Positions 16,536-17,349 of a DNA stretch of 17,349 nucleotides are shown here, piece by piece. A program made the position numbers and the translations under genes. Source of the DNA: Planctomycetota bacterium (lineage in GTDB: Bacteria > Planctomycetota > UBA1135 > UBA2386); contig CANMWZ010000055.1 of assembly GCA_947501605.1 (NCBI GenBank), positions 1 through 17,349 of the forward strand. Direction: 5' to 3'. Below the pieces are notes generated by a model. The model was not told the origin of the DNA. It worked only from the letters and a program-made list of their open reading frames with translations, and made no database searches. The number at the start of each line of letters is the position of its first letter. The first letter of the stretch is position 1.

Positions 16536-17048
16536 TCACTCGCCTCCAGCCGGATCTGGCACATCGACGCATGCTGCGCAAGCTCCGCCGGGGCTGCCAA
16601 TGAGCTCATTCCCAGGCTGTCGACGCAAGCGTAGGAAGTCCTTTCGGCCGCAGGGTACGGCCCAGTTGGAAATGGTGGACGGCGTGCCGGCAGCCATTGG
16701 TGTGGCGGTTGCACAGGCTGTGCCCGAGCCCAAGGAGCGTCCGTTCTGGTCCACCGGTTCTGTGCAGAACTCGGCTGTGTATGACGGCGAGTAGGGGCAG
16801 CCCGGTTTGGATTGAACCTCGATTGTCATGGTGAACAGGCAAACCGAGTCTGGCAGGCATAGCACCGGGTTCAGGCTGCGACGGCTGCAGTCGCCGTTCA
16901 GGTTTGTTCCGAAGCTGACCACAACGCGTGTACACGCGTCGTCGACAGGCGCACCTAGGTCGGGGTAGTTCTTGCAGTTGCTGCAAGTTTGTCCAGACAG
17001 TGGCAGGGATGTGGCGAACATGATGCCCGTTACCCAAATCTTCTTCAT
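16536..17048 (-). CDS. Secreted Cys-rich hypothetical protein (170 aa)
   Basis: MKKIWVTGIMFATSLPLSGQ leader and 12 Cys. Ends 6 nt before the next ATG. Confidence 0.7.
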   Translation of the reverse strand: MKKIWVTGIMFATSLPLSGQTCSNCKNYPDLGAPVDDACTRVVVSFGTNLNGDCSRRSLNPVLCLPDSVCLFTMTIEVQSKPGCPYSPSYTAEFCTEPVDQNGRSLGSGTACATATPMAAGTPSTISNWAVPCGRKDFLRLRRQPGNELIGSPGGACAACVDVPDPAGGE

Positions 17049-17205
17049 GCAAGCGAGGGTAGCAGGGAACGTGGGCAGCGTCAAGTGATTGACTCGCAAA
17101 CACGGTGCGAACCGCCTACATCGGTGGCAGTCGGAGACTGCTTACGAGGGCGACTTGGGCTTCCGCCGTGAGGTCTCTGAAGCAGACCGAGTCTGGCGTG
17201 GGCAG

Positions 17206-17349
17206 GGTAGGACTTCCAAAGGGTCTCCCGGACCATCCGCAAGCCGCGCCGGATGGTAGCCGTGGGGCTCCGTCCCGCGAAGTGGCCTCAGTGGATCGCG
17301 TCCGCGACTTCTATTTGAGGTGAGATTCCCCACGCAGTCGCCCAATGAA
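17206..17349 (-). mobile_element. IS91/ISCR-type copy E, running off the window
   Basis: Nearly identical to 14694-14837 (copy D subtype). Confidence 0.88.

Noticed and set aside
1869..17349. CRISPR array or integron attC cassette array as explanation for the repeats
   Set aside because: Repeats are over 220 nt, kb apart and include transposase coding sequence. No cas or integrase gene is seen, no attC-like ends were recognised, and cargo is multi-gene in mixed orientation.

Overview
High-GC bacterial DNA; the protein repertoire suggests Planctomycetota (inference). The window is a mosaic accessory region organised by five co-oriented copies of the oriIS end of an IS91/ISCR-family rolling-circle element, starting at about 1869, 7328, 10446, 14694 and 17206, plus one small inverted transposase scrap at 893-961. 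All five copies share one end (GTAGGACT(T/G)CC). The four copies fully inside the window have a 224-225 nt hairpin-rich noncoding segment and retain different amounts of the transposase 3' end; none has a complete transposase. Between them lie 2-5 kb cargo blocks of apparently intact genes: a Cys-rich peptide/ECF sigma/anti-sigma operon, carboxypeptidase-regulatory-like exported proteins, a PQQ-like beta-propeller, a secreted protein, a stand-alone IF2_N-like protein, a Lys-rich peptide and a lower-GC gene pair. The junctions carry clipped genes and short fragments (TPR, PilT/GspE-like, EEP without an in-frame start, SASA esterase, a second hicBA junction, CBM-like, MATE). The left end holds a probable RNA ligase tail, a DUF4288 gene and an intact hicBA pair. 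Best hypothesis: a Helitron-like, cassette-style gene-capture array built by a HUH rolling-circle transposase acting in trans. All family calls are by eye, not by database search.
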